In this document: piece after piece, positions 7,959-17,837 of the stretch
Numbering within the stretch: position 1 is the stretch's first letter
Layout of the letters: each line of letters starts with the position of its first letter
NCBI GenBank assembly: GCA_964415355.1
Contig: CAYPYS010000003.1
Location: 4,156 to 68,155, forward strand
Source: an uncultured Planctomycetia bacterium
GTDB lineage: Bacteria; Omnitrophota; Gorgyraeia; Gorgyraeales; Gorgyraeaceae
Reading direction: 5' to 3'
DNA: 64,000 nucleotides
Notes under the pieces: generated by a model
What the model was told of the DNA's origin: nothing
The model's input: the letters and a program-made list of their open reading frames with translations, nothing else
Database searches by the model: none
Made by a program: the position numbers and the translations under genes

Positions 7959-9847
7959 ACGGTTTGTTTTATCTTCTGAGGAGAAAGGCCGTATCTGTCT
8001 AATAAAATATCCCTGTCACCGTGCTCGATAAACTTATCAGGAAGCCCGAGCATCTTAACTCTGGTTTCCTTAGGGATTTTATCGATTATCTCTTCTAAGA
8101 CGTATGCCCCGAATCCTCCCTTAAGTGCACCCTCTTCTATTGTAATCAATTTTTTAGTCTTTGATACGGATTTTAATATTAAATCCAGATCCAAAGGTTT
8201 AATGAACCTCGCGTTTATGACTTCGCAGTCTATGCCTTCAGTCAAAAGAGACGAGGCTACGTCCATTGAAACATGAGACATATAACCTATGCTTACTATA
8301 GTAACATCTTTGCCCTCTTTTAGCACCTCTGATTTTCCTAAAATAATAGGCGTTTTTGTCACGGCTGAAGGAAAATTATAACTTTTACCTCGAGGATATC
8401 TTATGGCAATAGGGCCTTCATTATAAGAAATTGCGAATCTAAGCATGTCTTTTAATTCTGCTTCATCCTTTGGCGCCAGCACCACTATGCCGGGCAGGCT
8501 TATTAGATATGCGATGTCAAACGCGCCGTGATGAGTAGGCCCGTCTTCACCCACGAGGCCAGCCCTGTCAAGCATGAATACTATATTAAGATCCTGTAAA
8601 CACGCGTCGTGTGCTATCTGGTCATAGGCGCGCTGCAGAAAGGTAGAATAAATCGCCACGACCGGTTTCAGGCCTGCCCTCGCTAGACCTGCCGCAAAGC
8701 CCACTGCGTGCTGCTCTGCCATGCCAACATCAAAGAATCTATCCGGAAAGATCTTCGCAAATCTATCGAGGCCCGTGCCTTCTGGCATTGCAGCTGTTAT
8801 GGCAATGACCCTTTTATCTGTCTTTGCGATTTCGATAATCTCTTCGCCGAATACGCTTGTGAAACTAATTTCTGGAGACACAGTCGATGTAACCTGTCCT
8901 TTTTCTTTTTTGGCACATACCTTTTCTCCGGTCGACACGTCAAATGAACTCACGCCGTGGAATTTTTCAGGTATCTTTTCGGCATACTCATAGCCTTTGC
9001 CTTTCTTGGTAACTACATGCAAAAGTACAGGCGCATCCATGTCTACGATGTTTTTCAAAGTGCCGACCAGGGTCTTTATATCATGACCGTCGACAGGCCC
9101 GAAATACCTGAATCCCATTTCCTCAAAAAGCATGCCCGGCACCAGAAGATTCTTAAGTCCTTCTTCCAGGCGCCTAGCGGATCTTATGACCCTGAACCCA
9201 AAACGCGGGACTCGTTTCAGAAGGCCCTCTATGTCGCTTCTTATTTTATTGTAAACCGGCGCGGTCATGATGCTGTTTAGATATCTACTCAGCGCGCCAA
9301 CGCTTTTTGAGATGCTCATCTCGTTGTCGTTGAGAATAACCAATATCTTTTTTCGCAAGTGGCCTCCGTGATTGAGCGCCTCGAAAGCCATGCCCCCTCC
9401 CAATGAAGCATCCCCTATAACCGCGACCACCTTATATGCCTTTTCTTCTAAATCGCGCGCCGCTACCATGCCCAGCGCAGTAGAAATAGAGGTCGAACCA
9501 TGCCCTGTCGTAAAAACATCATATTCGCTTTCATTTTTATTCGGAAAACCACTTATGCCGTCGAGTTTACGCAAGGTATTGAATCTATCTTTCCTGCCGG
9601 TTAACAGTTTATGCGCATATGCCTGGTGGCCGACGTCCCAGATAATCTTATCCTCGGGCGCGTTCAAGCAATAGTGAATCGCTACTATCAGCTCAACCGC
9701 TCCCAGGCTGGACGCCAGATGCCCGCCGGAACAAGACACTGTATCAATGATAGCGCATCTTATTTCATGCGCCAAAAGCGTAAGCTCATCAATGCTGAAT
9801 TTTTTTAAATCCGACAGCCTGGTTATCCTATCTAATAATATACCCAT
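7928..9847 (-). CDS. dxs: 1-deoxy-D-xylulose-5-phosphate synthase
   Basis: TPP-enzyme motifs (GHLASSLGAVEL, GDGxxxxG...N) and a transketolase-like C-terminal domain are present. The last residues (...LHFNNVKV) are translated from the repeat. Confidence 0.9.
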   Translation of the reverse strand: MGILLDRITRLSDLKKFSIDELTLLAHEIRCAIIDTVSCSGGHLASSLGAVELIVAIHYCLNAPEDKIIWDVGHQAYAHKLLTGRKDRFNTLRKLDGISGFPNKNESEYDVFTTGHGSTSISTALGMVAARDLEEKAYKVVAVIGDASLGGGMAFEALNHGGHLRKKILVILNDNEMSISKSVGALSRYLNSIMTAPVYNKIRSDIEGLLKRVPRFGFRVIRSARRLEEGLKNLLVPGMLFEEMGFRYFGPVDGHDIKTLVGTLKNIVDMDAPVLLHVVTKKGKGYEYAEKIPEKFHGVSSFDVSTGEKVCAKKEKGQVTSTVSPEISFTSVFGEEIIEIAKTDKRVIAITAAMPEGTGLDRFAKIFPDRFFDVGMAEQHAVGFAAGLARAGLKPVVAIYSTFLQRAYDQIAHDACLQDLNIVFMLDRAGLVGEDGPTHHGAFDIAYLISLPGIVVLAPKDEAELKDMLRFAISYNEGPIAIRYPRGKSYNFPSAVTKTPIILGKSEVLKEGKDVTIVSIGYMSHVSMDVASSLLTEGIDCEVINARFIKPLDLDLILKSVSKTKKLITIEEGALKGGFGAYVLEEIIDKIPKETRVKMLGLPDKFIEHGDRDILLDRYGLSPQKIKQTVTLHFNNVKV

Positions 9848-9857
9848 ATCCTAAATA

Positions 9858-10670
9858 TCAAGATCTCCTGTTTAAAATAAGGTCTGCTATATCTGAAAGT
9901 ATTTTTGCCTTTTTACCGAATATGTCCAGATGGGCCTTGGCGCGCTCGGTCAAAAGCCTCGCCATCTTTCTTACGTGTTCATCTCCATAAACCCTGACAT
10001 ATCCGTCATTATCTATTAGATCATCCACGAGTTGAAATGTAAAGCCGATGCATTTTCCGAACTCAGAAAGCGCTTTTATCTTTTTTTTATTCGCACCTTT
10101 GAATATGCCGCCGGCCTTTACAGAAGCTTCTATAAGCGAGCCTGTCTTATGGCTGGTTATATAGTCTAGTTCGGATTTTGTCGTTTGTCGTTTGCCGTTC
10201 GCATTTTCTATATCCACGACCTGTCCGCCCACTGTCCCATAAGTCCCTATCGCCTTTGAGATACCTTCTATCGTTTCCAAGCAACCTGCTTCTGCGAGCA
10301 ATTGAAACCCCAGGGTCATAAGCGCATCACCTGTTAATATCGCAATGGCTTCGTTAAATTTTTTATGGCAACTCGGTTTCCCGCGCCTCGAATCGTCATT
10401 GTCCACCGCCGGCAGATCATCATGGACCAAAGTATAGGTATGTATAAGTTCTATCGCGCATGCGACAGGCATAATAGCTTTTGCTTTTCCGCCGCACGCC
10501 TCAAAAGAGGCGATCGTCAATACAGGTCTTATTCTCTTGCCGCCCGGAAACACAGAATACCTCATGGCTTTATGAAGCACCTGCGGTTTTACCTTTACAG
10601 ACGGAAGATATTTATCCAGCGCCTTGTCGATTAATTTCTTCTTCTTCGCAATATACCCTTTGATCTCCAT
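9858..10670 (-). CDS. ispA: Short-chain (E)-polyprenyl diphosphate synthase (FPP/GGPP synthase)
   Basis: FARM motif LVHDDLPAVDNDDSRRG and SARM motif FQLVDDLID. Position is the conserved xseB-ispA-dxs arrangement. Confidence 0.85.
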   Translation of the reverse strand: MEIKGYIAKKKKLIDKALDKYLPSVKVKPQVLHKAMRYSVFPGGKRIRPVLTIASFEACGGKAKAIMPVACAIELIHTYTLVHDDLPAVDNDDSRRGKPSCHKKFNEAIAILTGDALMTLGFQLLAEAGCLETIEGISKAIGTYGTVGGQVVDIENANGKRQTTKSELDYITSHKTGSLIEASVKAGGIFKGANKKKIKALSEFGKCIGFTFQLVDDLIDNDGYVRVYGDEHVRKMARLLTERAKAHLDIFGKKAKILSDIADLILNRRS

Positions 10671-10681
10671 CTCTCTCCCCT

Positions 10682-10716
10682 AACTTTACATTTCAACAAC
10701 GTTAAAGTGTAAAGTT
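10682..10716. repeat. 35-bp palindromic intergenic repeat, copy 4 (form A)
   Basis: Exact consensus; the xseB stop codon is inside the repeat. Confidence 0.95.
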
Positions 10717-10936
10717 ATTCCTCGAAAGTCTCGGTATTAAGCTTGCCGCCTTTTTTGACAAGGATCTCGACCTTACGCTTTGTCTCGTCCAGACGCTTCC
10801 TGCAAAGACGCAAAAGCTTCACACCTTCTTCGTATTTTTTCAATGACTCGCCCAGCGGCATGTCTCCGCTCTCCAAGCTGTCGACAATCTCCTCTAATTT
10901 ACCCATCATCTCTTCGAATTTCAATTCTTTTGACAT
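10715..10936 (-). CDS. xseB: Exodeoxyribonuclease VII small subunit
   Basis: 73-aa coiled-coil protein beginning FEEMMGKLEEIV. Confidence 0.8.
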   Translation of the reverse strand: MSKELKFEEMMGKLEEIVDSLESGDMPLGESLKKYEEGVKLLRLCRKRLDETKRKVEILVKKGGKLNTETFEE

Positions 10937-10949
10937 ACGACCTCCTTGA

Positions 10950-12086
10950 CTAATCGACTTTTTCTACTCTGCTTTTGAAGCTGCCTTTCGAAAGTCTCGT
11001 CTCGATCAGATCATCATTCTCAAGGGACTTTACGTCCTTAAGGATCCTGTGTTCGGGAAGCTTAAAACTAATGCTATATCCTCTGTTTAAAATGCTTAAA
11101 GGGCTCAATATATCTATTTTTTCGCAGACGCGCTTAAAACCTTCTTCTTTTAACTCAATGTAATGCTTAAATCTTAAATTAAGATCCTTTTCTATCTCAT
11201 CCAGGCGCTGTTCATATTCTTTGACGAGGTCCAAAGGAAAGGTCTTGAGCTTTTTCTCGATCTCATCCAACCTATCGGCAAGTTCACTTTTTTTCACGAT
11301 CACGACTTCAGCGGCAACAGAAGGTGTCGGCGCCCTAAGATCAGCTACAAAGTCGCTGATGGTCCAGTCTATCTCGTGGCCTACTGCGCTTATTACAGGC
11401 AGCCTGGAATTATATATTGCCCTCGCGACAACCTCTTCGTTAAAAGCCCATAGGTCCTCGAGACTGCCACCGCCCCTCCCAGTTATTATTACGTCTACGT
11501 TGTTAAGCTTGTTGAATTCTTCTATGGCGGTTGCGATTTCTTCCTTTGCGCCTTCACCCTGCACCTTTACGGGATTAATGATGATCTCGACGTTAGAAAA
11601 TCTCTTTTTTATGACGTGCAACATATCTCTGATCGCTGCGCCAGTAGGCGAGGTGACTATCCCTATTCTATCCGGCAGCTTTGGTATGACTCTCTTGCGG
11701 GATTCGTCAAAAAGTCCTTCTTTGAAAAGCCGTTCCTTCAGTTGCTCGAAAGCGAGCTGCAGCGCGCCTATGCCTTTCGGCTCCATCCTGCTTACGATCA
11801 ACTGATACTGTCCCCTTTTTTCAAATAAGCTGACCTTGCCGAAACAAATAGCGTGCATGCCGTCGTTTATTTTAAATTTTATCTTTTCGTTATAACCCTT
11901 AAAGAATGCGCACTTAAGTTCGCTCTTATCATCCTTCAGTGTAAAATAAATATGACCTGAGGAAGGCGCGCTGAAATTCGATATCTCCCCCTCCACCCAT
12001 ATCTTTGAGAAAGAATCCTCCAGGATCGTCTTTATCTGCGATGTGAGCTCTCCTACTTTATATATATATTTGCCGTCGCCAGCCAT
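10950..12086 (-). CDS. xseA: Exodeoxyribonuclease VII large subunit
   Basis: OB-fold N-terminus plus catalytic domain, immediately upstream of xseB. The true start is probably MAGDGKY; the track's MLKCKVIQVSGID extension is read from the repeat. Confidence 0.8.
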   Translation of the reverse strand: MAGDGKYIYKVGELTSQIKTILEDSFSKIWVEGEISNFSAPSSGHIYFTLKDDKSELKCAFFKGYNEKIKFKINDGMHAICFGKVSLFEKRGQYQLIVSRMEPKGIGALQLAFEQLKERLFKEGLFDESRKRVIPKLPDRIGIVTSPTGAAIRDMLHVIKKRFSNVEIIINPVKVQGEGAKEEIATAIEEFNKLNNVDVIITGRGGGSLEDLWAFNEEVVARAIYNSRLPVISAVGHEIDWTISDFVADLRAPTPSVAAEVVIVKKSELADRLDEIEKKLKTFPLDLVKEYEQRLDEIEKDLNLRFKHYIELKEEGFKRVCEKIDILSPLSILNRGYSISFKLPEHRILKDVKSLENDDLIETRLSKGSFKSRVEKVD

Positions 12087-12107
12087 ATCTATCCCAGAGA
12101 CCTGAAT

Positions 12108-12142
12108 AACTTTACATTTCAACAACGTTAAAGTGTAAAGTT
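12108..12142. repeat. 35-bp palindromic intergenic repeat, copy 5 (form A)
   Basis: Exact consensus. Confidence 0.95.
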
Positions 12143-12932
12143 AGAGATAATTCAGGATCTTCTCTCTCACTCTTTCTATGGATGATGCCTTGCCAGTCTC
12201 TTCGTCTATGTCGACCAGCGCCCCCTGCAGTTCAACATCATCCTCTGCCATCTCAAATTTTGCAGGCATACATTTCAAAAAATGCTCTATGATAATATCG
12301 GCCTTGCGGCCTATGACTGAATCCTGCGGGCCTGTCATGCCCAGGTCTGTTATGTACGCGCTCCCAAGAGGCAATATCTTCTCATCAGCTGTCTGCACAT
12401 GCGTATGCGTCCCGAATACTACGCTGACTTTACCGTCGAGAAATCTCCCGATCGCGATCTTCTCGCTCGTTGCTTCCGCATGCATATCCACCAGGATTAT
12501 CCCGGTGTCTTTTGATATCCTATTCACCTCTTCTTCCGCCCTCCTGAAAGGACAGTCGATGCCTTTCATAAAAATTCTCCCAGCGACATTTATAATACCT
12601 ATTTTTTTACCCTTATTCGATTTAAGGACAGTCGAGCCTTTGCCGGGACAACCATTTGGATAATTTGCCGGCCTTAAGATCCTGGCATCTTCGTCCAGCC
12701 TTTCATATATCTCTTTTTTCTTCCAAATATGGTCACCTGCAGTCAGGGCATCGATGCGGCTGTTAAACAGATCATCTACGGTGGCCAAGGTAAGGCCTGA
12801 ACCTCCGGCAATATTCTCGGCATTGGCAATTACAAAATCTATGTCCCTGTCCTTACGAAATTCGGGGACTATTTTTTTTATCGCCTCTCTGCCGGGTTTA
12901 CCGACTATATCGCCTATTAACAGAATTTTCAA
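12141..12932 (-). CDS. ymdB: YmdB-family metallophosphoesterase (2',3'-cyclic-nucleotide phosphodiesterase-like)
   Basis: MKILLIGDIVGKPGR...DFVIANAENIAGG; it follows rny as in Firmicutes. Confidence 0.8.
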   Translation of the reverse strand: MKILLIGDIVGKPGREAIKKIVPEFRKDRDIDFVIANAENIAGGSGLTLATVDDLFNSRIDALTAGDHIWKKKEIYERLDEDARILRPANYPNGCPGKGSTVLKSNKGKKIGIINVAGRIFMKGIDCPFRRAEEEVNRISKDTGIILVDMHAEATSEKIAIGRFLDGKVSVVFGTHTHVQTADEKILPLGSAYITDLGMTGPQDSVIGRKADIIIEHFLKCMPAKFEMAEDDVELQGALVDIDEETGKASSIERVREKILNYL

Positions 12933-12949
12933 TATATTCTCCTCCGCCT

Positions 12950-12984
12950 AACTTTACACTTTAACGTTGTTGAAATGTAAAGTT
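12950..12984. repeat. 35-bp palindromic intergenic repeat, copy 6 (form B)
   Basis: Exact form B. Confidence 0.95.
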
Positions 12985-14563
12985 ATTTGGCGTATTCTAC
13001 GGCGCGGGTCTCTCTTATGACCGTGACCTTTATCTGGCCTGGATATTCCAGGCCTTCTTCGATCTTTTTTCTTATCTCTCTCGCAAGACCTATTGCCTGC
13101 AGGTCGCTTATTTTCTCTGGCTGCAGGATCACTCTTATCTCTCTCCCTGCTTGTATTGCAAATGCCTTATCGACGCCTTTAAACGAATCAGCTATCGATT
13201 CTAATTTCTCAAGACGTTTTATGTAATTCTCCAGAGACTCTCTTCGAGCCCCGGGTCTTGACGCGCTAACTGCGTCAGCAGCCTGCACAAGCACGCCGTA
13301 TACAGACGTTGACTCCTCTTCTTCGTGATGAGATGCTATGGAATTTACGACTACATACGACTCTCCGTATTTTTTAGCTATATCTGCTCCTATCTTTGCA
13401 TGAGGTCCTTCTACTTCGTGAGTCACTGCCTTGCCTATGTCATGCAAAAGACCGATTCTTTTGGCGAGATTGATGTCCAACCCTAATTCTCCTGCCATCG
13501 CGCCCATGATAAGCGAAACTTCCTTCATGTGCTGCAATGCGTTCTGGCCGTAACTGGTCCTGTATTTCAATCTGCCGATAAGCTTGATGATCTCAGGATG
13601 CACGCGCTGCAAGCCCAATTCAAAAACCGTATGTTCACCCTCTTCTTTCAGGCTGCTATCCATTTCCTGTTTTACTTTACTGACGACTTCTTCTATGCGT
13701 CCAGGATGGATCCTTCCGTCCTGCAAAAGTTTTTCCAGACTGACCCTGGCCACTTCGCGCTTTACTGTATCGAAGCTCGAAAGTATAACAGCCTCCGGGG
13801 TATCGTCGATAATTACATCTACTCCGGTCGCTATCTCGAACGCCCTTATGTTCCTGCCTTCTCTTCCTATGATCCTTCCTTTCATCTCGTCATTGGGAAG
13901 CGCCACTACAGAGACAGTCGTATTCGTCACATGCTCTGCGGCACACCTCTGTATGGCTGTAGTGAGCACCTCTTTCGCCTTTTTGTCGGCGGATTCCTTG
14001 GATCTTTCCAATATCTTATTGAACAAGACCTGGGCCTCGCGCTGCGCGTCTTCTTCTATTCTACGGAGGAATAATTTCTTAGCCTCTTCCACGCTAAGTC
14101 CTGATATCCTTTGGAGTTTCTGCTTCTCTTCGTTAAGCAGCCTGGAGAGTTCGCTCTTGCTCTGCTCTATAGCCTTCTCTTTGCCTACCAAAAGAGATTC
14201 TCTTTTCGAGACATCTTTATCCTTTCTCTCCAATATGTCTACCTTTCGTTCTATGTTCTCCTCTTTCTGACCTAACTTTTTTTCAAGATCCGAAAGTTCT
14301 TGACGTCTATTCTTTGTCTCGCGCTCAAAATCCGAACGCATCTTGAACTTAAGGTCCTTTACCTCGAGTTCGAATTCCTTTTTACGATTATCCAATTCCC
14401 TCTTTGACTCTTCAAGGCCCTTCTTGGCCCTTTCTTCTATCTCCTTCAGGTGCTTCTCGGAAAAAAACTTTCTTATGAAATATCCCGCGAAGAACACCAA
14501 GACAAAAACCAACACCTCTATCAGCGATACTATGGTTTTCAAAGTAAAATCCATCTCCAACAC
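12983..14563 (-). CDS. rny: Ribonuclease Y
   Basis: N-terminal TM helix, long coiled coil, KH domain ([15 protein letters not shown]) and HD domain (HDIGK...H). Confidence 0.9.
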   Translation of the reverse strand: MLEMDFTLKTIVSLIEVLVFVLVFFAGYFIRKFFSEKHLKEIEERAKKGLEESKRELDNRKKEFELEVKDLKFKMRSDFERETKNRRQELSDLEKKLGQKEENIERKVDILERKDKDVSKRESLLVGKEKAIEQSKSELSRLLNEEKQKLQRISGLSVEEAKKLFLRRIEEDAQREAQVLFNKILERSKESADKKAKEVLTTAIQRCAAEHVTNTTVSVVALPNDEMKGRIIGREGRNIRAFEIATGVDVIIDDTPEAVILSSFDTVKREVARVSLEKLLQDGRIHPGRIEEVVSKVKQEMDSSLKEEGEHTVFELGLQRVHPEIIKLIGRLKYRTSYGQNALQHMKEVSLIMGAMAGELGLDINLAKRIGLLHDIGKAVTHEVEGPHAKIGADIAKKYGESYVVVNSIASHHEEEESTSVYGVLVQAADAVSASRPGARRESLENYIKRLEKLESIADSFKGVDKAFAIQAGREIRVILQPEKISDLQAIGLAREIRKKIEEGLEYPGQIKVTVIRETRAVEYAK

Positions 14564-14601
14564 CTCCTCAAATGAACATTCAGCTTATATATTGCGCGAG
14601 T

Positions 14602-15162
14602 TTAGTCCGTTATGACTTTGGTAAGAGAGACGTCTCTTTTCGTGGTGGGGAGTTTGTCGACCAATTGGAATCTAAAACCAAGACCCAGCTTCTTTGTCTT
14701 TTTTGGCAATTGCTTTAAAAAACGGTCATAGTAGCCCTTGCCCCGACCCAATCGATTATTGCGTCTGTCAAAAGCCAGACCAGGCACTACTACTAGATCT
14801 ATGCATTTCGGATTTAAAGATCTATTTGATTTAGATTTAACTGGTTCGTAAATTCCGTACGGACCTTTTTCCAGGCCCGTCTTAATATCCTCCAACACCA
14901 CAGGTTTTATTCTCTTCTCTCTCGCCAGAGTGACTGGTAAAGCCACGTCCTTTCCCATTGACAAGGCCTTTCTGATCACAGGCCCTGTCTCGACTTCTCC
15001 AGTCCCTTTAGAAACATAAAGCATCACACAGTTTGACGACAAAAAGTCTTTCTCTTTAAATATCCTTTTTTGTACAAGCTTGCTCTTTTGTCTCCTTTCC
15101 GATTGCTTTTGACGAGCCAGCTTTGTCTTCATTTTTTTTCTTAACACCTCTTTCCTATCCAT
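14602..15162 (-). CDS. 5-formyltetrahydrofolate cyclo-ligase
   Basis: The C-terminal [11 protein letters not shown] motif marks the MTHFS family. Confidence 0.75.
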   Translation of the reverse strand: MDRKEVLRKKMKTKLARQKQSERRQKSKLVQKRIFKEKDFLSSNCVMLYVSKGTGEVETGPVIRKALSMGKDVALPVTLAREKRIKPVVLEDIKTGLEKGPYGIYEPVKSKSNRSLNPKCIDLVVVPGLAFDRRNNRLGRGKGYYDRFLKQLPKKTKKLGLGFRFQLVDKLPTTKRDVSLTKVITD

Positions 15163-15574
15163 TCTGTTTTTGTTTTTTCTTCTCCTTTTTTGTCATATAA
15201 TCATCTATGGCAGACTTGAGCGCCTGCTCTGCCAGGACCGAGCAATGCATCTTTATGGGAGGAAGCCCGCCCAATGCCTCTGCCACGGCCTTGTTGGAGA
15301 TCTTCAGGGCCTCTCCAACAGTCTTTCCCTTGACTATTTCTGTAACCATGCTGCTCGTAGCTATAGCTGCACCGCACCCAAACGTTTTAAACTTAGCGTC
15401 TTTTATCTTATCGTCTTCTACTTTTATATAAAGTCTCATTATATCTCCACAGACAGGATTCCCGACATTGCCTATGCCGTCTGCATCAGGTATCTCCCCG
15501 ACGTTTTTTGGATTTTTAAAATGCTCCATTACTTTTTCGCTATACTGCGTGTTAAAACCTTCCATAATTACCAC
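15155..15574 (-). CDS. NifU/IscU-like Fe-S cluster assembly scaffold
   Basis: NPKNVG...GNPVCGD...[11 protein letters not shown]...HCS, three conserved Cys. Confidence 0.85.
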   Translation of the reverse strand: MVIMEGFNTQYSEKVMEHFKNPKNVGEIPDADGIGNVGNPVCGDIMRLYIKVEDDKIKDAKFKTFGCGAAIATSSMVTEIVKGKTVGEALKISNKAVAEALGGLPPIKMHCSVLAEQALKSAIDDYMTKKEKKKQKQNG

Positions 15575-15580
15575 CTCATT

Positions 15581-16237
15581 TTACTGTTCTATTACTCTCT
15601 CCCTTGGCTTGTTGCTTTTGGAATAATCCTTTGCTGGTCTTCTGGCCTTAAGATTATCAAGCTTGCCAAGTTCTTTGAGTCGATTATATATCAATATCCA
15701 CGCGCAATCCTTTTCCTTATCTACTTCGCACTTTCCTTTATCAGATCCGCCGCAAGGCCCGTTCATAAGACCTTTTGCGCATCTCGTAACAGGGCAAATC
15801 CCTCCTGTAATATTCAATACACACTCCCCGCACATCGCGCATCTCTCAAAAAATCCAGCGCCGGTCTTATCCAAAATAGAGCCAAACAGGGTGTCGCATC
15901 CTATAACAACAGACCGCTTTGACCTGTCATTGTCCAGTACGGACTGGGCGCCCAAGCCACAGGCGAGCACCAGAAACACTTCTGCATCGTCAACCGCCTT
16001 CTTGTTCTTCGCAAAGTGCAGTTTTGTCTGGCTTGCTATGCACGGTGAATCAGGAATGGCCCAGCCAGTCACGACCTTGCCTTTCGCCTCAAGAGACTTC
16101 TTCATTTCTTTTATCTCTTCTTCGCCGCCTGTCTTGCAACTAGTAGCACAATCACCGCACCCCAGGATAAAGACCTTTTTCTTGTCACCTATGAATTTTA
16201 ATATCTCGTCAAATTCTTTTTTCTGCGTAACTATCAT
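15581..16237 (-). CDS. Cys-rich metal-binding protein with a methylene-THF reductase C-terminal (MetV-like) signature
   Basis: CxxC pairs plus LMNGPCGG near the C-terminus. Assigned by motif recall only. Confidence 0.4.
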   Translation of the reverse strand: MIVTQKKEFDEILKFIGDKKKVFILGCGDCATSCKTGGEEEIKEMKKSLEAKGKVVTGWAIPDSPCIASQTKLHFAKNKKAVDDAEVFLVLACGLGAQSVLDNDRSKRSVVIGCDTLFGSILDKTGAGFFERCAMCGECVLNITGGICPVTRCAKGLMNGPCGGSDKGKCEVDKEKDCAWILIYNRLKELGKLDNLKARRPAKDYSKSNKPRERVIEQ

Positions 16238-16250
16238 AATGTCTCCTCGA

Positions 16251-16766
16251 TTACAAAAGTCTTTTTACGGCGTTCTCAAATGTCTCTTTATCTCTGTACC
16301 CTAAGAATCTTTTGGTTATACCGCCGTTTCTGTCTATGATAAAAGTAACGGGTATAGACATGATGCCTCCGTATAGATCCGTAATCTCATTATTTCCTAA
16401 TAGCATCGTGTACTCGATGCCGTTTTCTTCGGCGAACGGGCCGACGACCCTTTCTGCATTCCAGTCCAATGATATGCCTATGATCTCGAGACCATCGTCT
16501 TTGTATTTCTCATACAGCTCTATAAAATGCGGGATTTCTATCTTGCAGGGAGGACACCAGGTGGCCCAAAAATTAAGTATCACGACCTTACCTTTAAAAT
16601 CAGATAGGGTCTTCTCTTCTCCCTGGGCGTTTAAAAGCGTAAAATCAGGCGCCGGGATAAACACCTTCTTTTTCGCTTCGCTTTTGACTTTTACAAATCG
16701 CACTACGCCGTACGTCGCTGCTAAAAAAGTTATGATTAATATGAAAACTAATGATATTTTTTTCAT
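16251..16766 (-). CDS. Thiol:disulfide oxidoreductase, TlpA/ResA family
   Basis: Signal/TM N-terminus and the WATWCPPC thioredoxin active site. Confidence 0.85.
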   Translation of the reverse strand: MKKISLVFILIITFLAATYGVVRFVKVKSEAKKKVFIPAPDFTLLNAQGEEKTLSDFKGKVVILNFWATWCPPCKIEIPHFIELYEKYKDDGLEIIGISLDWNAERVVGPFAEENGIEYTMLLGNNEITDLYGGIMSIPVTFIIDRNGGITKRFLGYRDKETFENAVKRLL

Positions 16767-16770
16767 TTTG

Positions 16771-17487
16771 CTATGATAAAAAAATGCTGCTGAGTTTTGA
16801 AAAATGCCCTAAAAACAATAATATTCCAATGAGTATTAAAAAAACACCTGTCACGACCGGCACGAATTTCATAACGGCCTTAAATCTATTGAATATAAAA
16901 AGAAACTGGTTTACCGCCAGGCTCGCCATAAAAAAAGGTATACCCAGGCCGAGCGAATAAAAGCACAGTAAGAGCGTGGCACGAGGCAAACTTTCCAGCG
17001 TAGACGCATATATCAATATGCTCGAAAGTATAGGGCCCACACACGGCGTCCATCCTACGCTAAACGCCATTCCTATCAAGAAAGAACCAAAATAACTGAT
17101 ATTCTTCTTGTGGTAAATTATCTTTTTTTCTCTATTCAGTATCCCTATGTTGAGCACTCCCAGCATATGGACACCGAATAAGACTATTAATATGCCGCCT
17201 GTCCTCTCCAGCCATAGCCTTTTTATCCCAAAGAAACTCCCCAGGCTCGCGAATGTTATCCCGAATAGAATAAATATGACCGAAAATCCGAGTATAAAAC
17301 ATAACGAATGTATGGCGGTCAATCTCCTGATACTCGACCTTTCTTCCGAAGACTTCAGGTCTTCGAAGGATTTACCGGTTATATACGTTATATATGAAGG
17401 GAATAGGGGTAAGACACAGGGAGAAAGAAATGTCAAAAGACCAGCTACAAAAGACATAATGATCGAGACTTCGCTTGCATTGCTCAT
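16771..17487 (-). CDS. ccdA: Cytochrome c-type biogenesis protein CcdA (DsbD-like transmembrane electron transfer)
   Basis: Polytopic membrane protein with LSPCVLP and WTPCVGP Cys motifs. Confidence 0.8.
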   Translation of the reverse strand: MSNASEVSIIMSFVAGLLTFLSPCVLPLFPSYITYITGKSFEDLKSSEERSSIRRLTAIHSLCFILGFSVIFILFGITFASLGSFFGIKRLWLERTGGILIVLFGVHMLGVLNIGILNREKKIIYHKKNISYFGSFLIGMAFSVGWTPCVGPILSSILIYASTLESLPRATLLLCFYSLGLGIPFFMASLAVNQFLFIFNRFKAVMKFVPVVTGVFLILIGILLFLGHFSKLSSIFLS

Positions 17488-17505
17488 ATTAAATCCTCCG
17501 GATCT

Positions 17506-17793
17506 TTATCGCGAAGCCCGAACCCTTATTATATCCTGTTGTTTTCTTATATCTTCAAGGCGCTCTATTATGTCCTGCTGATTTTTTAAAACTTCTTCTA
17601 TTTTCTCTGAGACTATTCGCGAATCATCGCCTCTTGCGAGTTTCTGGCTTTTACCAAAGCCTTTAAGAGTGAGGATCCCCAGAGAAATAGCTCCTACTAT
17701 AAAAAGCGTCAAAGCTGCCTTTCTCGCCATATCCAACCTCTTTCTATATATGCGCTTATTATAACAAATCCCGTTCGCCCAGTCAATACCCAC
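17506..17793 (-). CDS. Hypothetical small membrane/coiled-coil protein
   Basis: ORF with one TM helix; no recognisable motif. The real start may be the internal MARKAAL. Confidence 0.35.
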   Translation of the reverse strand: MGIDWANGICYNKRIYRKRLDMARKAALTLFIVGAISLGILTLKGFGKSQKLARGDDSRIVSEKIEEVLKNQQDIIERLEDIRKQQDIIRVRASR

Positions 17794-17795
17794 CT

Positions 17796-17830
17796 AACTT
17801 TACATTTCAACAACGTTAAAGTGTAAAGTT
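17796..17830. repeat. 35-bp palindromic intergenic repeat, copy 7 (form A)
   Basis: Exact consensus. Confidence 0.95.
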
Positions 17831-17837
17831 AGGCGGG

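Noticed and set aside
10181-10200. Tandem tcgtttg tcgtttg inside ispA
   Set aside because: A two-unit microsatellite within the CDS; too short to interpret.
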